A stretch of DNA of 64,000 bases from Methanomethylovorans hollandica DSM 15978 (GCF_000328665.1 NC_019977.1:620001-684000); one strand, 5' to 3'. Counted from the first letter of the stretch, positions 30,767 to 42,031 are shown. The notes: generated by a model from the sequence alone, not told the origin. Translations and numbers: made by a program.

Positions 30767-30946
30767 ATTCGTTTTTCCATTGCATGCGGTTGTTGATTCC
30801 GGGGTTTGAAGCCAAACGATACCTTAAGGCATCATTTGTACTTCCCGTATGCATTTTTCCAGATATTTGCTATTTTGATGAATTAATAATAACCGTTGGG
30901 TTTGATGAAGATGCATCTATAGTAAAATTCTAAGGGGTTATTTCAC

Positions 30947-31291
30947 ATGCTGTTCGGATTTGGAAAGCCAGATGTTAAAGATATGGAAAAGCAAAAAGAT
31001 GTAGATGGGCTGATCAAAGCACTGGGGTATGAAAAAGATGTGCAGGTGCGCAGGGAAGCGGCATACACGCTGGGAAAGCTTGGCAATTCCAGTGGTGTGG
31101 ACCCTCTCATAAAAGCCCTGGAAGATCCTGATAGCTATGTCCGCCGTCAGGTTGCGGATGCACTGGGGAATATCGGAGACCCAAAAGCAATTGAATTCCT
31201 TAATAAAGCTTTGAACGATCCCAATAAATATGTTTGCCAGGGAGCTGCAGATGCATTGAAAAAGATAGAGGAAAAGAAGGCTATGCATTGA
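30947..31291 (+). CDS. HEAT/PBS-lyase repeat protein
   Basis: Repeated LIKAL...VRR.AA.ALG. Confidence 0.85.
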   Translation: MLFGFGKPDVKDMEKQKDVDGLIKALGYEKDVQVRREAAYTLGKLGNSSGVDPLIKALEDPDSYVRRQVADALGNIGDPKAIEFLNKALNDPNKYVCQGAADALKKIEEKKAMH

Positions 31292-31467
31292 ACACAAGGC
31301 ATTCTAGAACAAATACACTCATTTCCTTTATATTTTCAGCAGAAAGCAATATTTAGTATATCCATCCTTTTTTAATTGTTGGATCTATATAAAATCAAGA
31401 GTATTTTTTCTATAAAGTCGGAATATAAGCGGATAAAACAAGGATTGAAACAACAGGAGTGGGTACA

Positions 31468-32796
31468 ATGAGCGAAGAAACAGACAAAACAAAAAAAAGC
31501 GAAGCTTTAAAGCAAAAAGAAGAAGAAGCTGCTATCAAGGCTCAAGAAAAGACCATCGCAGAGGCAGAAAAAGCAATTGCAGAGGCAAAAAAAGCTAAAC
31601 TGAAAGCCGAAATACCAGACGGAGCCACTGCCACTCCACCTGAAGGAACCATCACTACCGATGATAAGTTCGGCTACTTGACAGAACTGGTAGCCAACGA
31701 CACTTTAATTCACCAGGTGGAGAAATTGGTGAAAAAAATATCGACTGCTGAGTTGCCAGATAATAGTAAAATTCTCTTGGTAGACGACTTGAGCATAGCG
31801 GCGAGAGATGTGCAATTGTTACAAGTAAAAAGTCAGCTGGATAAGTTGAAAAAAGGTATGGACACCCAAATTATAGTCAATGACTTGTATTTCCAGTCCA
31901 GAGAAGCCAAAAGAGAAATAAAAAAAGATGGAGTGGATGTGGAATTAACAAAAGTGATGGCATCAATAACGTCGTTGACAGCAATACCAGCTGTGGCATC
32001 TGTAATTGGATCAGCGGCAGCGATAACACCTTTATTGACAGCAGCAGGAGCTGTCGTCGGTTCTGTGGGCAGCATCGTCAATATGTTCCGCAAAGATTAT
32101 ACCATCAAAGGCAAAGAGATTTCCTTATCAGATATAGCCCTAAAGGCATTAATTGCGGGGGAATTGGGGAAATTCAAAGAAAAAAAGTATCTGGTTTATT
32201 TACCCGATTTCTACAGCATCAAAAATTCCAGGCTGATAGGGACTTTTGAAGAAGTAGGTAAAAAACGATGGAAATTAGAATATCAGGTGCAACTGCTGCA
32301 ACAGCAAATTGTGGAACCAACAAAGAAAGCTGTAGCTGAATTAGAGACGGAAATCAAAAAGATAAAAGATCCTTCTCTGCTTGAGCATAAGAAAAAAGAA
32401 TTAAAAGATTTGACAGTCGTGCAACAAGCCGCAGAAAAAGCCGCATTACAATCAAAAATTTTGGTGGAGATCTATGATAAAAGCAATGAAATGCTGCTGA
32501 CCACCGCCGAGGGTCAAAACGCTTCTCCACTGGCGGCTGCTATTTTACAGGAGAAAATTTCGGAGTTACAGATCACCCATTTGCTTTATGCAAAAATTGT
32601 TTCCAGCGGTGGTGAAGCAATCACCGGCAAAAGAATGATTGGGTCGGGGGAAACAGCTTACCTGGGTGGCAGTGTGGTCAGCTACGTCCTGGCACAGGTG
32701 GAAGGAGAGATTGTAGCTGCTGGTACCCTGGTAGAGGTAGGAAGATTGGACTATAAGTTGGGTTCAAAGGAAATACCTGCTTTTGGAAAAAAGTGA
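31468..32796 (+). CDS. Hypothetical coiled-coil protein with central Ala/Gly-rich hydrophobic segment
   Basis: 442-aa ORF with AGGAG RBS; no family recognised. Confidence 0.7.
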   Translation: MSEETDKTKKSEALKQKEEEAAIKAQEKTIAEAEKAIAEAKKAKLKAEIPDGATATPPEGTITTDDKFGYLTELVANDTLIHQVEKLVKKISTAELPDNSKILLVDDLSIAARDVQLLQVKSQLDKLKKGMDTQIIVNDLYFQSREAKREIKKDGVDVELTKVMASITSLTAIPAVASVIGSAAAITPLLTAAGAVVGSVGSIVNMFRKDYTIKGKEISLSDIALKALIAGELGKFKEKKYLVYLPDFYSIKNSRLIGTFEEVGKKRWKLEYQVQLLQQQIVEPTKKAVAELETEIKKIKDPSLLEHKKKELKDLTVVQQAAEKAALQSKILVEIYDKSNEMLLTTAEGQNASPLAAAILQEKISELQITHLLYAKIVSSGGEAITGKRMIGSGETAYLGGSVVSYVLAQVEGEIVAAGTLVEVGRLDYKLGSKEIPAFGKK

Positions 32797-32988
32797 CTTA
32801 TTAACCAAGGAAGATGAGCCTGTTCATTAATATTGTTTTTTTTGGAAGGAAACAAAAAACATTGATGAACAATACTCTTCCCGTTGCTCCAACCTCTCTT
32901 TCTATTTTTCTGCGTATTTGCAGCAAGCTTTAAGAACGGAACTACTAGATATTCTTCATTGTATCTTTTGAGATCATGGAGGAATAGA

Positions 32989-33723
32989 ATGGCAAACGAA
33001 ACTAACAATACAATGTATATTCTGCTTGTTGTACTTGCAATAGCTGTGGCTTTGATGGCAGCGATCATATACGCTGGTTCAGTGTCTTCTTCAGGTCAGA
33101 GCGGAGAACATACTATTTCGGTTTCCGGCTCTGCTGAAAAAAAGCTTACCCCGGATACAGCTTCATTAAGCATAGGGGTAATTGTACAATCACCGACTGC
33201 AAATGAAGCATCGACCAGAAATGCAGCTTTGATGAATGCTGTTATTGGAGAACTTAAGAGTATAGGACTTGAGGACCGCGAAATACAGACATCCTATGTT
33301 TCAATTCAACCAGTATATGATAATACAGGTAATCCAACAATAGTAGCTTATTCTGCTTCCAATACGGTGCAGGTAACTACGCAGATGCTGGAGAATGTTA
33401 GTTCCATTATTGACAGATCAACTTCAGCAGGCGCAAATCAGATAGGGAGCATAACCTTTTCCGTATCCGATGAGCAACAACAGGCTGTTCGCAGTGAATT
33501 ATTCCAGGCAGCAGTAACTGATGCCAGGTCCAAGGCCGATGAGCTTGCTTCAAGCCTGGGCATCACTTTAGTGGGAGTACAGACAGTTTCTGTAAGTGAT
33601 GTAGGGAGTGTCCAGCCGATCTACAGGGGTGCACCAATGGCTGAAGCTGCAGTTTCTACACCAGTTCAACCAGGAGAGGCAACAGTTTCCACGTCTGTGC
33701 AGGTAACATACATAATTAAGTGA
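32989..33723 (+). CDS. SIMPL (DUF541) domain protein
   Basis: N-terminal TM; ISVSGSA, IQTS, GANQIG, AVTDARSKA, PVQPGE. Confidence 0.88.
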   Translation: MANETNNTMYILLVVLAIAVALMAAIIYAGSVSSSGQSGEHTISVSGSAEKKLTPDTASLSIGVIVQSPTANEASTRNAALMNAVIGELKSIGLEDREIQTSYVSIQPVYDNTGNPTIVAYSASNTVQVTTQMLENVSSIIDRSTSAGANQIGSITFSVSDEQQQAVRSELFQAAVTDARSKADELASSLGITLVGVQTVSVSDVGSVQPIYRGAPMAEAAVSTPVQPGEATVSTSVQVTYIIK

Positions 33724-33852
33724 TCTTTTTTGGAATTTGTTGTATGGCTGTATGGTAACTTTGATTTGTCCATACAGTTATATATTTACTTCTCTTCACA
33801 GGGGATGAGGCATTAAGAGAAAAACCTATATGTCTAAGGGTGCTGGCGAGCG

Positions 33853-34641
33853 ATGAAAAAAGAGGATTATCTTAATTTTAAGATATGGTTCCAGGATTAT
33901 GTGCGGTCTTTCCGTTCGGAAGATGCACTGGTCTTACAGAACATCAAGCTTAAAGAAGAACATACCAACAGAGTATGTGAAAACTCCTCCAGGATTGCAA
34001 CATCTGAAGAACTGGATGAAGAAGACTATTATCTTGCCATTACAATTGCTCTTTTTCATGACACTGGTCGTTTTGAACAAATAAGCAGGTACAGGACATT
34101 CCATGACTCCAGATCAGAGAACCATGCTCTTCTGGGTGTAAAGATATTGAGATCAGAAGGAGTTATCTCACGTTTATCTCAAGAAGAGCAAAACATTATC
34201 TTCACAGCGATCAAAAACCATAATATGCAGATGATCCCGGATGGACTTGATGGGAAAACCCTTCTTCATTTGAAATTGGTAAGGGATGCTGACAAACTGG
34301 ATATCTACAAAGTTTTCACTGACTACCACATTATAAAGGCCATATCTCCGAATTCTGCTCTTGAGCATGGCTTACCCGATGATGAGGAATATTCGCCATA
34401 TTTGATAAAGGATCTTTTTGATAATGAGATACCAAGCATAAAAGACGTCAGAAACTGCAATGATATGAATCTGGCTCGTCTTGCATGGGTATTTGATCTG
34501 AATTTCATAGAGACTTTCAGACTTCTTAAAGAACGAGCATATATCGAAAAAATGATAGCTACTCTTCCTCAGAACAGTGAAATAAATGCGGTTCATGTAC
34601 ATCTGAAAGAATATATGCATTCAATGCTATCGGGTACATAA
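33853..34641 (+). CDS. HD-domain phosphohydrolase
   Basis: EEHT.RV, FHDTGRFEQ, NHA, NHN, RDADKLDI. Confidence 0.87.
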   Translation: MKKEDYLNFKIWFQDYVRSFRSEDALVLQNIKLKEEHTNRVCENSSRIATSEELDEEDYYLAITIALFHDTGRFEQISRYRTFHDSRSENHALLGVKILRSEGVISRLSQEEQNIIFTAIKNHNMQMIPDGLDGKTLLHLKLVRDADKLDIYKVFTDYHIIKAISPNSALEHGLPDDEEYSPYLIKDLFDNEIPSIKDVRNCNDMNLARLAWVFDLNFIETFRLLKERAYIEKMIATLPQNSEINAVHVHLKEYMHSMLSGT

Positions 34642-34696
34642 ATTATGAATAGGAATAAGTTCCCTATTCAGCATTCAATTTTGTATTCCTCTTTTT

Positions 34697-36112
34697 TTAT
34701 TCTTTTCTCATGTCAGAAGGAAGGGGCTGTGCACTGAACAGGCTTCCCCCAATGTATGCCACAGTCCCGCAGATCAAACCAATGAATACTGTATGTATGA
34801 GGGGGTTACCATAGTATTGCCATAGCACCACAGAACCAAATGATGCTATAAGGCTGGCAACAAATCCTGTAGAAGTGCCACGATCCCAATATAAGCCAAA
34901 CATCAGGGGGATAAATACACAACATGCGATCACACCCATACTTGCCGAGACCAGAGGCACTATCATTTGCGGCACGTCCACGGCGAAGAATGCCGCTACT
35001 ATAATTATCATCACTCCTGTTATGCGGGTCATAACCAGCACTCTGTCATCAGGGGTCGCAGGGCTCAGAAATTTAAGGATATCTGAGGTCAGAGCAGTCG
35101 TTGTGACAAGAACTATAGCACTCATAGTTGACATGGCTGCAGAAATTGCTGCCAGGAGTACGATTCCATCAAATCCTGAAGGCAGTAGTGATGTTGCAAG
35201 GAATGGCACAAGTCCGTCCGGGTTTGCTATGAAGGGTGCCAGCTCCTCTGAGGTGAATACTCCATATGCCAGAATTCCCAGAGAGAATATGCATAGGGCA
35301 TAAATTGCAACGGATATAGGACCATAGATACCTGCAAAACGCACCACTCTCTTGTCTCTGGCAGAGAATATCATGATCAATAGGTCTGGCAGTGCCAGGA
35401 GTCCCAGACTGATAGCAAATGCATTTCCAAAGCTCTTTTGCCAGGGTACTGTATTTCCACCCATGTTAAGCACTGCATCAGGGATGTTGTTCCATATCAT
35501 CGTCCCCTGACCACTGGAAATAAGCCCGCCGTAGAGCAACATTGAGCCGACTAGCATAATCAGCCCTTGCAGGAAACTTATCCAGATAATGGCAGGTAAT
35601 CCTCCAATAACGTAATAGAGGGCAACTATCCCAACAGTTATGATAAGCCCCTGGACATATGTAACCCCCAGAAGTCCCTGGAACAGATTTCCACAGCCTT
35701 TAAAGATAGCAACCAGATAGACCGTATACATCACCAACATAATTCCAGCAAGCAGAACCTTGCCTTTCTGGGAGTTGTATCTGCGTTCCAGCAACTGGGG
35801 TACAGTTCTGGCATCGTAATGCTGAGCCATCGCCCATATCTTTGGCGCGATCAGGAAAGCTAAGCATGCGAAGGCTACGTGGAAGAATACAGCCCAGATG
35901 ACCCAGGGCAGACCGGCAACCAGTCCAAAGCCTCCGCCTCCGAGAAATGATGCGGCACTAAAGTATGCAGCCATATAGGCTATGCCTATCACGGCAGGGT
36001 ACATCACCTGGCGATCTGATATCACAAAACCTGAAAAAGTTCCCTGCCTGAGTTTAAGGGAGAGAGATATTATCCCAATTACATATATTACCAGCAGAAC
36101 CTGGTTAATCAT
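34697..36112 (-). CDS. Sodium:solute symporter family protein
   Basis: YFSAASFLGG, TVPQLLERRY, AAAMST; about 13 TMs. Confidence 0.88.
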   Translation of the reverse strand: MINQVLLVIYVIGIISLSLKLRQGTFSGFVISDRQVMYPAVIGIAYMAAYFSAASFLGGGGFGLVAGLPWVIWAVFFHVAFACLAFLIAPKIWAMAQHYDARTVPQLLERRYNSQKGKVLLAGIMLVMYTVYLVAIFKGCGNLFQGLLGVTYVQGLIITVGIVALYYVIGGLPAIIWISFLQGLIMLVGSMLLYGGLISSGQGTMIWNNIPDAVLNMGGNTVPWQKSFGNAFAISLGLLALPDLLIMIFSARDKRVVRFAGIYGPISVAIYALCIFSLGILAYGVFTSEELAPFIANPDGLVPFLATSLLPSGFDGIVLLAAISAAMSTMSAIVLVTTTALTSDILKFLSPATPDDRVLVMTRITGVMIIIVAAFFAVDVPQMIVPLVSASMGVIACCVFIPLMFGLYWDRGTSTGFVASLIASFGSVVLWQYYGNPLIHTVFIGLICGTVAYIGGSLFSAQPLPSDMRKE

Positions 36113-36194
36113 GATCTCGCCTCAATATTAAAAAGAAGGTAGCTCCCAACATAAATACAACCGAAATGATCAGAACAAGGTAAGGTAGAGGCAT
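36105..36194 (-). CDS. 29-aa single-TM small protein upstream of the symporter
   Basis: MPLPYLVLIISVVFMLGATFFLILRRDHD*, AGGAG upstream, overlaps the symporter start by 8 nt. Confidence 0.65.
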   Translation of the reverse strand: MPLPYLVLIISVVFMLGATFFLILRRDHD

Positions 36195-36355
36195 TATGAA
36201 TTCTCTCCTGCCTCTGAATTTTTTGTCTTATTTTCAACCTTCGAAAACTTATTATTTGTAACTATCAGTTTGCTCCTCTCCTGCAATGTACTTTTCTATG
36301 CTTAAATGTACGTAAAAATACATTATAGTTTAAATATGTTATTCTTTCGGTTTCG

Positions 36356-36940
36356 TTATTTCCAGTAACTTCTCATCCCATTTACTGTAATATATGAATC
36401 GGAAGGCACCTGGTACAATATCAGGATCAATGTCAGAATATCCACCGAAGAGGCCATTGAGTTCAGAAAGATCAAGAACATTAAATATGGGGTCAGCAAG
36501 CTGAGAGACCCCAATAGAATGGGCAAAAGAACAGAAATGATGACAAAGGGCGCAATTGTGATGCAAATATATCGCATTTTAGCTATCTTTTCTTCCGAAT
36601 AGACAAATCCGCCAAAGTATGTGATACCCAGATATGTCTTGTCTGATCTCCTAAAACCCGGAATGAAAACCAAATGTAAGAGTTCGTGTATGATCACAAG
36701 TACTATTAAGACCAGTATAGCTCCGAAGTTAATGTTCAACAAGATCGATGATTGATGAATACCGAATATCGATGGCGATATAGGTACGAACAGACTGACA
36801 ATTACCATTGTTATAAAGAGATTAATAACCATTAATGGGATCGAGAGCATTATGGTAGAGAGCAGGCTTTTTGGTTCATGCAGTACTTTCCAGTGCTCCG
36901 TGATGAGCTGTGAATGTCTTTCAGAGTTGAATTCCGGCAT
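36356..36940 (-). CDS. DUF3267 membrane zincin-like protein
   Basis: IIHELLH (HExxH) in TM, APF, N..S..D. Confidence 0.75.
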   Translation of the reverse strand: MPEFNSERHSQLITEHWKVLHEPKSLLSTIMLSIPLMVINLFITMVIVSLFVPISPSIFGIHQSSILLNINFGAILVLIVLVIIHELLHLVFIPGFRRSDKTYLGITYFGGFVYSEEKIAKMRYICITIAPFVIISVLLPILLGSLSLLTPYLMFLIFLNSMASSVDILTLILILYQVPSDSYITVNGMRSYWK

Positions 36941-36997
36941 TTTGAATATTATCCTGATGGATATCTCTCCCTTCTTTTCTTTTTCAGAATATGCCCT

Positions 36998-37630
36998 TTA
37001 GATACTTCTTTCTGTACTTTCCATAAGGTGTCCTCCGAAGCCGGTTATCCATAGTGCTATAGGATATGCGATCCATCTTTCAAGTCCACCTATACCTAAG
37101 AGTGCAAACGGGCTTGCCTGTCCCATAATGTAATAGAGCAGCAGGTTCAGCAAGGCTATTGATCCCAGTATCACAGAGAAGTATCTGAAAGGCGATGTTG
37201 TTACCTTGTAGCTCATTATGGCTGCCAGGCTTCCGAAGATGAATGTGATGAGCGCAGATATACCATGCACTGCGCCATAGTTGCCCGGGAAGATACCCAC
37301 TCCCAGTGCACCGATACCGAACAAGGCCATAGTTATGGTAACAGTATTAACATAAAAAGTGCGGTGGATACAATAGGCAGCAAGGATAATACACAGGCCA
37401 CAAAGCATCATACTGAAATTAAAGATCGTCGCAGAAGGCTGCACTATAATGCTGTTAGGCGGTTCAGTAGCACCCAGGTCGCTTATCATGTTCTGTGCAG
37501 TGTTATATCCCGGGTACAGTGTTTCAGCAGTGATGATCCCCAGGAATATCACGACACCTGCAATGAAAAGGAGCGCTCCTGCAATATTCCGGTATTGCTC
37601 ACAAGTCCTTAGTTTATCTATCATAGGCAT
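36998..37630 (-). CDS. DUF998 membrane protein
   Basis: YPGY...ISDLG, GVGIFP, H, GGLER. Confidence 0.8.
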   Translation of the reverse strand: MPMIDKLRTCEQYRNIAGALLFIAGVVIFLGIITAETLYPGYNTAQNMISDLGATEPPNSIIVQPSATIFNFSMMLCGLCIILAAYCIHRTFYVNTVTITMALFGIGALGVGIFPGNYGAVHGISALITFIFGSLAAIMSYKVTTSPFRYFSVILGSIALLNLLLYYIMGQASPFALLGIGGLERWIAYPIALWITGFGGHLMESTERSI

Positions 37631-37683
37631 CCTGTCAGAATTGGTGCTGGGTGAATTAAGATTTATGCTGTGTTACAGCCAGG

Positions 37684-38340
37684 TCATATCATCACAGAAA
37701 AACTATTATAGTTCAGCAGGAACCAGAAACCGAATATTATCATGAACCCTCCGCATATATAGAGCACTCTTTTATGGGTGCGTGAAGAAATAAGTTCCTT
37801 CCCTCTGGAGAAGGATGAAGATACAGCTACAAGGAACCCAAGGTCTGCGATCCAGTGGCCTGTGATAAACGCGATGACCGCAAGCGTTCCTGCCATATAT
37901 TCCTGCAGGATAATGGCACTACCGGCTGTTAACCACCAAATAACGAAAGCAGGGTTCAATATAGAAGTAAGTATCCCTGCAGATACAGGACCTGATTTCA
38001 GGTCCATTTTAGAGGCCGAAGCAGCAAAGTCTGTTGTGCCTGTTCCTTTCGCGCTTTTCATCAGCATCATCCCGAAAAGAAGCATGACCATCCCTCCCAT
38101 TATAGCTATGTATGACATCATGCTCTCACCGATGATGGATACTGCTCCTAACAGAATAAGCAGGAATATGCCAAGTTCTGCCAGAGCATGACCACTGAAT
38201 ACATATAAGCCTGTTTTCCAACCCTTTTTCAGGGATATTCCAATGGTTGCGAACATCATAGGTCCGGGTATCAATGCAGCAGATATACCGACTGTAAATC
38301 CTAGGAGAAATGCCTTGATAAGTTCAATTATGAATATCAC
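37684..38340 (-). CDS. LysE family translocator
   Basis: ALIPGPM, GHALAE, LNP..IWW. Confidence 0.85.
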   Translation of the reverse strand: MIFIIELIKAFLLGFTVGISAALIPGPMMFATIGISLKKGWKTGLYVFSGHALAELGIFLLILLGAVSIIGESMMSYIAIMGGMVMLLFGMMLMKSAKGTGTTDFAASASKMDLKSGPVSAGILTSILNPAFVIWWLTAGSAIILQEYMAGTLAVIAFITGHWIADLGFLVAVSSSFSRGKELISSRTHKRVLYICGGFMIIFGFWFLLNYNSFSVMI

Positions 38341-38483
38341 CAGAACAAGATCAGATGCAGTAACTATACCGTGAGTGATATATAAAGTAATTGATTCTTT
38401 TCATAAAAAACAATACGGGCCGCCACTATGAAATCCAGTGATGAGGTCTCCTATGCACATCTTCTATCATGTGTTATGTCTAT

Positions 38484-41400
38484 TCATTTTCTTTTTTTGT
38501 AGTATCGATAAACCATTCCGGATGTGAATAATGCTATGGAAGCTATTGTAAATTTTGAAAGATGTCCAATTTTATCTCCAGACGATTTGTCCTCATCTTC
38601 AAGTGAATCTCTTTCACTATCATTGCTATTTGATTCATTGATCTTACCCGAAAGCTTTGTTCTATCATTTGATGTATCATTTTCTGTGCCTGATATCTGT
38701 GTCAGAAATTCAGTTGTTGTCTCTGCTGTACTGATAGCAAACGGTGAAAACCCTGGTGTTTCCGATTCATAGTACACATATTGCTCGTCTTCATTCGTGA
38801 TCTTGGCAGGCAGTTCATTCCACACATCAGAACTGTACCTGTAAAGTCTTATAGATGTTTTGTCCACGCCATTACTTGCCATCCATGTTCTAGCTACCTT
38901 AAATCCTATTACAGGATCATCGATATTACTTTCTGTTGCAAAACCAGCTTTTCCTACCCAGATGTTCACATTCTGGTAAACCTTACCGGGCGCATTGCTT
39001 TTTGCAAAGGATGATCTGTCATTGAGTGCCTCTACAAATGCTGTTATTTTTCCGGAGTTCTTCAAAGCCGTGAACTCTATGTGTCCTATACTGTTTCCGT
39101 CTTCAGTGAACTCATATCTAATATTACTGTCCTTGATAACGACCAATGTTTCAGGTTCCTTTACCAGCACATTTGCCTGGTTTTCACCGCTGTTTCCTCC
39201 TCCCCCTCCACCACCACTTCTTGAGGAAGACGTTGGTGTAGTCTTTTGTTCTTTCTCTTCTTCATTAGGAACCACTTCAGACGATTCATTAGTTCTCTTT
39301 GGATTCCCGGAATCGAGCACATTTATCGAAACAGTGGAATACATGGTTCCTGCATTTGCAGTTATGTTGGTTATTCCCTCCGCCAGAGCAATGAAATGTC
39401 CGGTAGAGCTATTGATACTGGCAACAGTGGGATCACTGCTTTCCCACATAAGAACAGCTTGCAGTTGATTGTTGTTTTCGTCTCTTGCTTCAGCCTCGAA
39501 CGTTGTGGTGTTACCTGTATAGTAAGTTGTCTGCTGAGGGTTGAGATCAAGATAGCTTAATGCAGCAGATGCACCGCTGACAACTATAGCGCAAGGTTGT
39601 GGTCCTTTTTGGACATCCTCACCGACTACTTTTACGGTGTACCAGCCGGCATCAGTTTCTTCAAAAAATACTTGTTCTACGTTGTTAACTGTGTCGTTTA
39701 CTACCACTTCGGTACCATCAGGCTTCACTACAAGAAGTGTAAGGTCGTTTACAAGCACTTTTTGTGCAATTTCCGTACTATAGTAATCAGTCCATGCGAG
39801 CGTAGTTTTAAAAGATCTGGAACTATTGTTAACATAGTAATTTTTATCAACGGCATCACCAGTTTGCAGTTTAATGTTATCTGCAAAATATATGTACCCG
39901 CTATCCGGATATAGGGACTCTTTCAGGTTAACCAATCCCCATCCCTGATTATGATCGGGTTGCCCTGTAACATCGTTCCCATATTGTCCGGGTTTAAGAT
40001 CGCTGGCACCATTTATGACGGTAGCTTTCAATAGGGCTGCTGAAGGTGAAATGTTCAGTTTGTCCACATAGTTTTGCCGTATAAGCGCCACGCTGCCTGC
40101 AACAATAGGTGTGGCCATACTGGTTCCACCCATGTAGACGTAATGCTCATCTACAAAACCCCACACATCTTTATTATCTGACGCATTGGACCTGGCGGAT
40201 ATAATGTAAGTTCCGGGTGCAACGACGTCCGGCTTGATCCGTCCGTCATCTGTAGGACCCCTGCTGCTGAATGCTGCAATTCCCTTTGGGTTGTCGGCAA
40301 TGTAGTCACTATTAATTGGTGCAGCCGGATAGATGGGCACATCAAATCCGTCTGTTATAGACCCCCAGGTCATTCCAATAGTATGGGCTCTATTATTTTC
40401 CGAAGCACCAACAGACAGACAATTTTTTGCAGTTGCGGGCCATGCAATACAATCAGGATCTATCATGCCGTCGGCATCACTATCTACTCCGCTATTGCCT
40501 GCAGCAAACACTATCAGCATATCAGGATGTGTCCACATGAATTTATCCACATCTTTAGAATAAATAGTATATGTTCCGTCACCAGTTCCACCCCAGCTAT
40601 TGGAATGAATGCGTGCTCCCAGTTCATAGGCAGGTTTAAAAAGTGCGTTCACATTGTTTCCGGGGATCATAAGGCTTCCATCAGCATTGGCAATAGCCTG
40701 GAAGACTAATTGTGCCTCCGGTGCAACACCTTTGTATTTTCCATTGGACCATGACCCATTGCCAAGTGCAGAACCAGTTACATGGGTGCCATGACCTTGC
40801 AGATCTTCTGCACCATCGCCTGTTATGTCCTGAATTGCTAATATGCGCCCATAGAAATCAGGATTTATTGACGCATTATTGATTCCAGTATCAAGGCCGG
40901 TATCGGCAACTGCTATGATTTGTCCATGCCCGGTCAGATTATAGTTTTCGCTGACATAAGCAGCATCGATTATCCCCAGGGCAACATCATTGAATATCGC
41001 AATTTGTTCGTATCCTTCTATCCATTTAACATCTTTGATATTTGACAGGGCTGATATTTTTGAGTTTGGGATCTCTATATGTATCCGGTCATTATTGGAT
41101 CCATCCAGGATCTTTCCACCCAGGGAGATTATTTCCTCTGTTACTTCTTCTTTAATATTGCTTTTATCTATGGGTTCAAATAAGGAGATCATGAGTTCCA
41201 CAGAAATGTTCTCTTCCGTTTTTGTTCGAAGAGATGGGTCGATTTTGTATTCAGGCAAATAGTCGCCCATCCATCTTACATGCTCAAGGTTTGAAACCAT
41301 GGTTGCAGTTGAACCATTCATCCTTACCACAAATGCGTTGTCAGGAACGTAATCTAATAGTTGTGCTCCTATCTCGGGTATATCCTGTTTCCAGGTTTTT

Positions 41401-41771
41401 TTTGAAGTGCCATTGAACTGGACCAAGTAATATTCGTATTCTTCAGGGGATTTAACTGAGCCTTCTACAGGGAAATGACCATCATTATTCATGGAATTTA
41501 AAAGTAATTTGGGAGGAGTTGTTGTTTGAATTGTCCCTGTTTTGAGCATTAAGCTTGATTTTTCTGAAGTATATATTTCCAAATTTTCGTCAGATATATC
41601 ATAAAGAACATAAACAAAATTTGACATAACTATATTTTTATTTAATTCTGTTGTGTTTGATGTTGCTGATGTTTTTTTTTCAGTGGTTTCTATATATGTT
41701 ACCATCCCGGCAGCTGCTAAGAACAAAACTATGTTCAGTAATAAAATAATAACAAGGACCTTTTTTTTAAT
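38484..41771 (-). CDS. Cell-surface S8 subtilase with Ig-like and PGF-pre-PGF domains
   Basis: DTG, HGTHV, GTSMATP catalytic triad; ETPGFSPFAI; C-terminal TM; start uncertain (ATT 41771 or TTG 41726). Confidence 0.88.
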   Translation of the reverse strand: MKKKVLVIILLLNIVLFLAAAGMVTYIETTEKKTSATSNTTELNKNIVMSNFVYVLYDISDENLEIYTSEKSSLMLKTGTIQTTTPPKLLLNSMNNDGHFPVEGSVKSPEEYEYYLVQFNGTSKKTWKQDIPEIGAQLLDYVPDNAFVVRMNGSTATMVSNLEHVRWMGDYLPEYKIDPSLRTKTEENISVELMISLFEPIDKSNIKEEVTEEIISLGGKILDGSNNDRIHIEIPNSKISALSNIKDVKWIEGYEQIAIFNDVALGIIDAAYVSENYNLTGHGQIIAVADTGLDTGINNASINPDFYGRILAIQDITGDGAEDLQGHGTHVTGSALGNGSWSNGKYKGVAPEAQLVFQAIANADGSLMIPGNNVNALFKPAYELGARIHSNSWGGTGDGTYTIYSKDVDKFMWTHPDMLIVFAAGNSGVDSDADGMIDPDCIAWPATAKNCLSVGASENNRAHTIGMTWGSITDGFDVPIYPAAPINSDYIADNPKGIAAFSSRGPTDDGRIKPDVVAPGTYIISARSNASDNKDVWGFVDEHYVYMGGTSMATPIVAGSVALIRQNYVDKLNISPSAALLKATVINGASDLKPGQYGNDVTGQPDHNQGWGLVNLKESLYPDSGYIYFADNIKLQTGDAVDKNYYVNNSSRSFKTTLAWTDYYSTEIAQKVLVNDLTLLVVKPDGTEVVVNDTVNNVEQVFFEETDAGWYTVKVVGEDVQKGPQPCAIVVSGASAALSYLDLNPQQTTYYTGNTTTFEAEARDENNNQLQAVLMWESSDPTVASINSSTGHFIALAEGITNITANAGTMYSTVSINVLDSGNPKRTNESSEVVPNEEEKEQKTTPTSSSRSGGGGGGGNSGENQANVLVKEPETLVVIKDSNIRYEFTEDGNSIGHIEFTALKNSGKITAFVEALNDRSSFAKSNAPGKVYQNVNIWVGKAGFATESNIDDPVIGFKVARTWMASNGVDKTSIRLYRYSSDVWNELPAKITNEDEQYVYYESETPGFSPFAISTAETTTEFLTQISGTENDTSNDRTKLSGKINESNSNDSERDSLEDEDKSSGDKIGHLSKFTIASIALFTSGMVYRYYKKRK

Positions 41772-42031
41772 TGCCTCACATCCATTCGTTTATCGAATAT
41801 AATATGCATACAAATTTAGTAAAAAATATATTTATTCACTAATATTAAAATGTTTTTGGACCATTGGCTCGTAGAAGGGCAGCATCAAGAAAAGGTAAGT
41901 TTGGAGACTTAATTTCCCATGAAGTTTTAGCACAATATTATTATAGCAACATTCTTAACCCAAAAGTAAATCATAAGTACTAATCATTAAGAAAACCTAT
42001 ACTATTAATATCAAATGAATCACTGATCAGT

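Noticed and set aside
30781..30853. Long-range stem TGCATGCGG/CCGTATGCA after the ferritin-like gene
   Set aside because: Single copy, 9 bp with a wobble; cannot support an ncRNA or MITE
18231..33000. attR duplicate of the tRNA-Leu 3' end or an integrase bounding the hgc/RM region
   Set aside because: No convincing copy or integrase found by eye; GGGGTTTGAAGCC near 30801 is too degenerate
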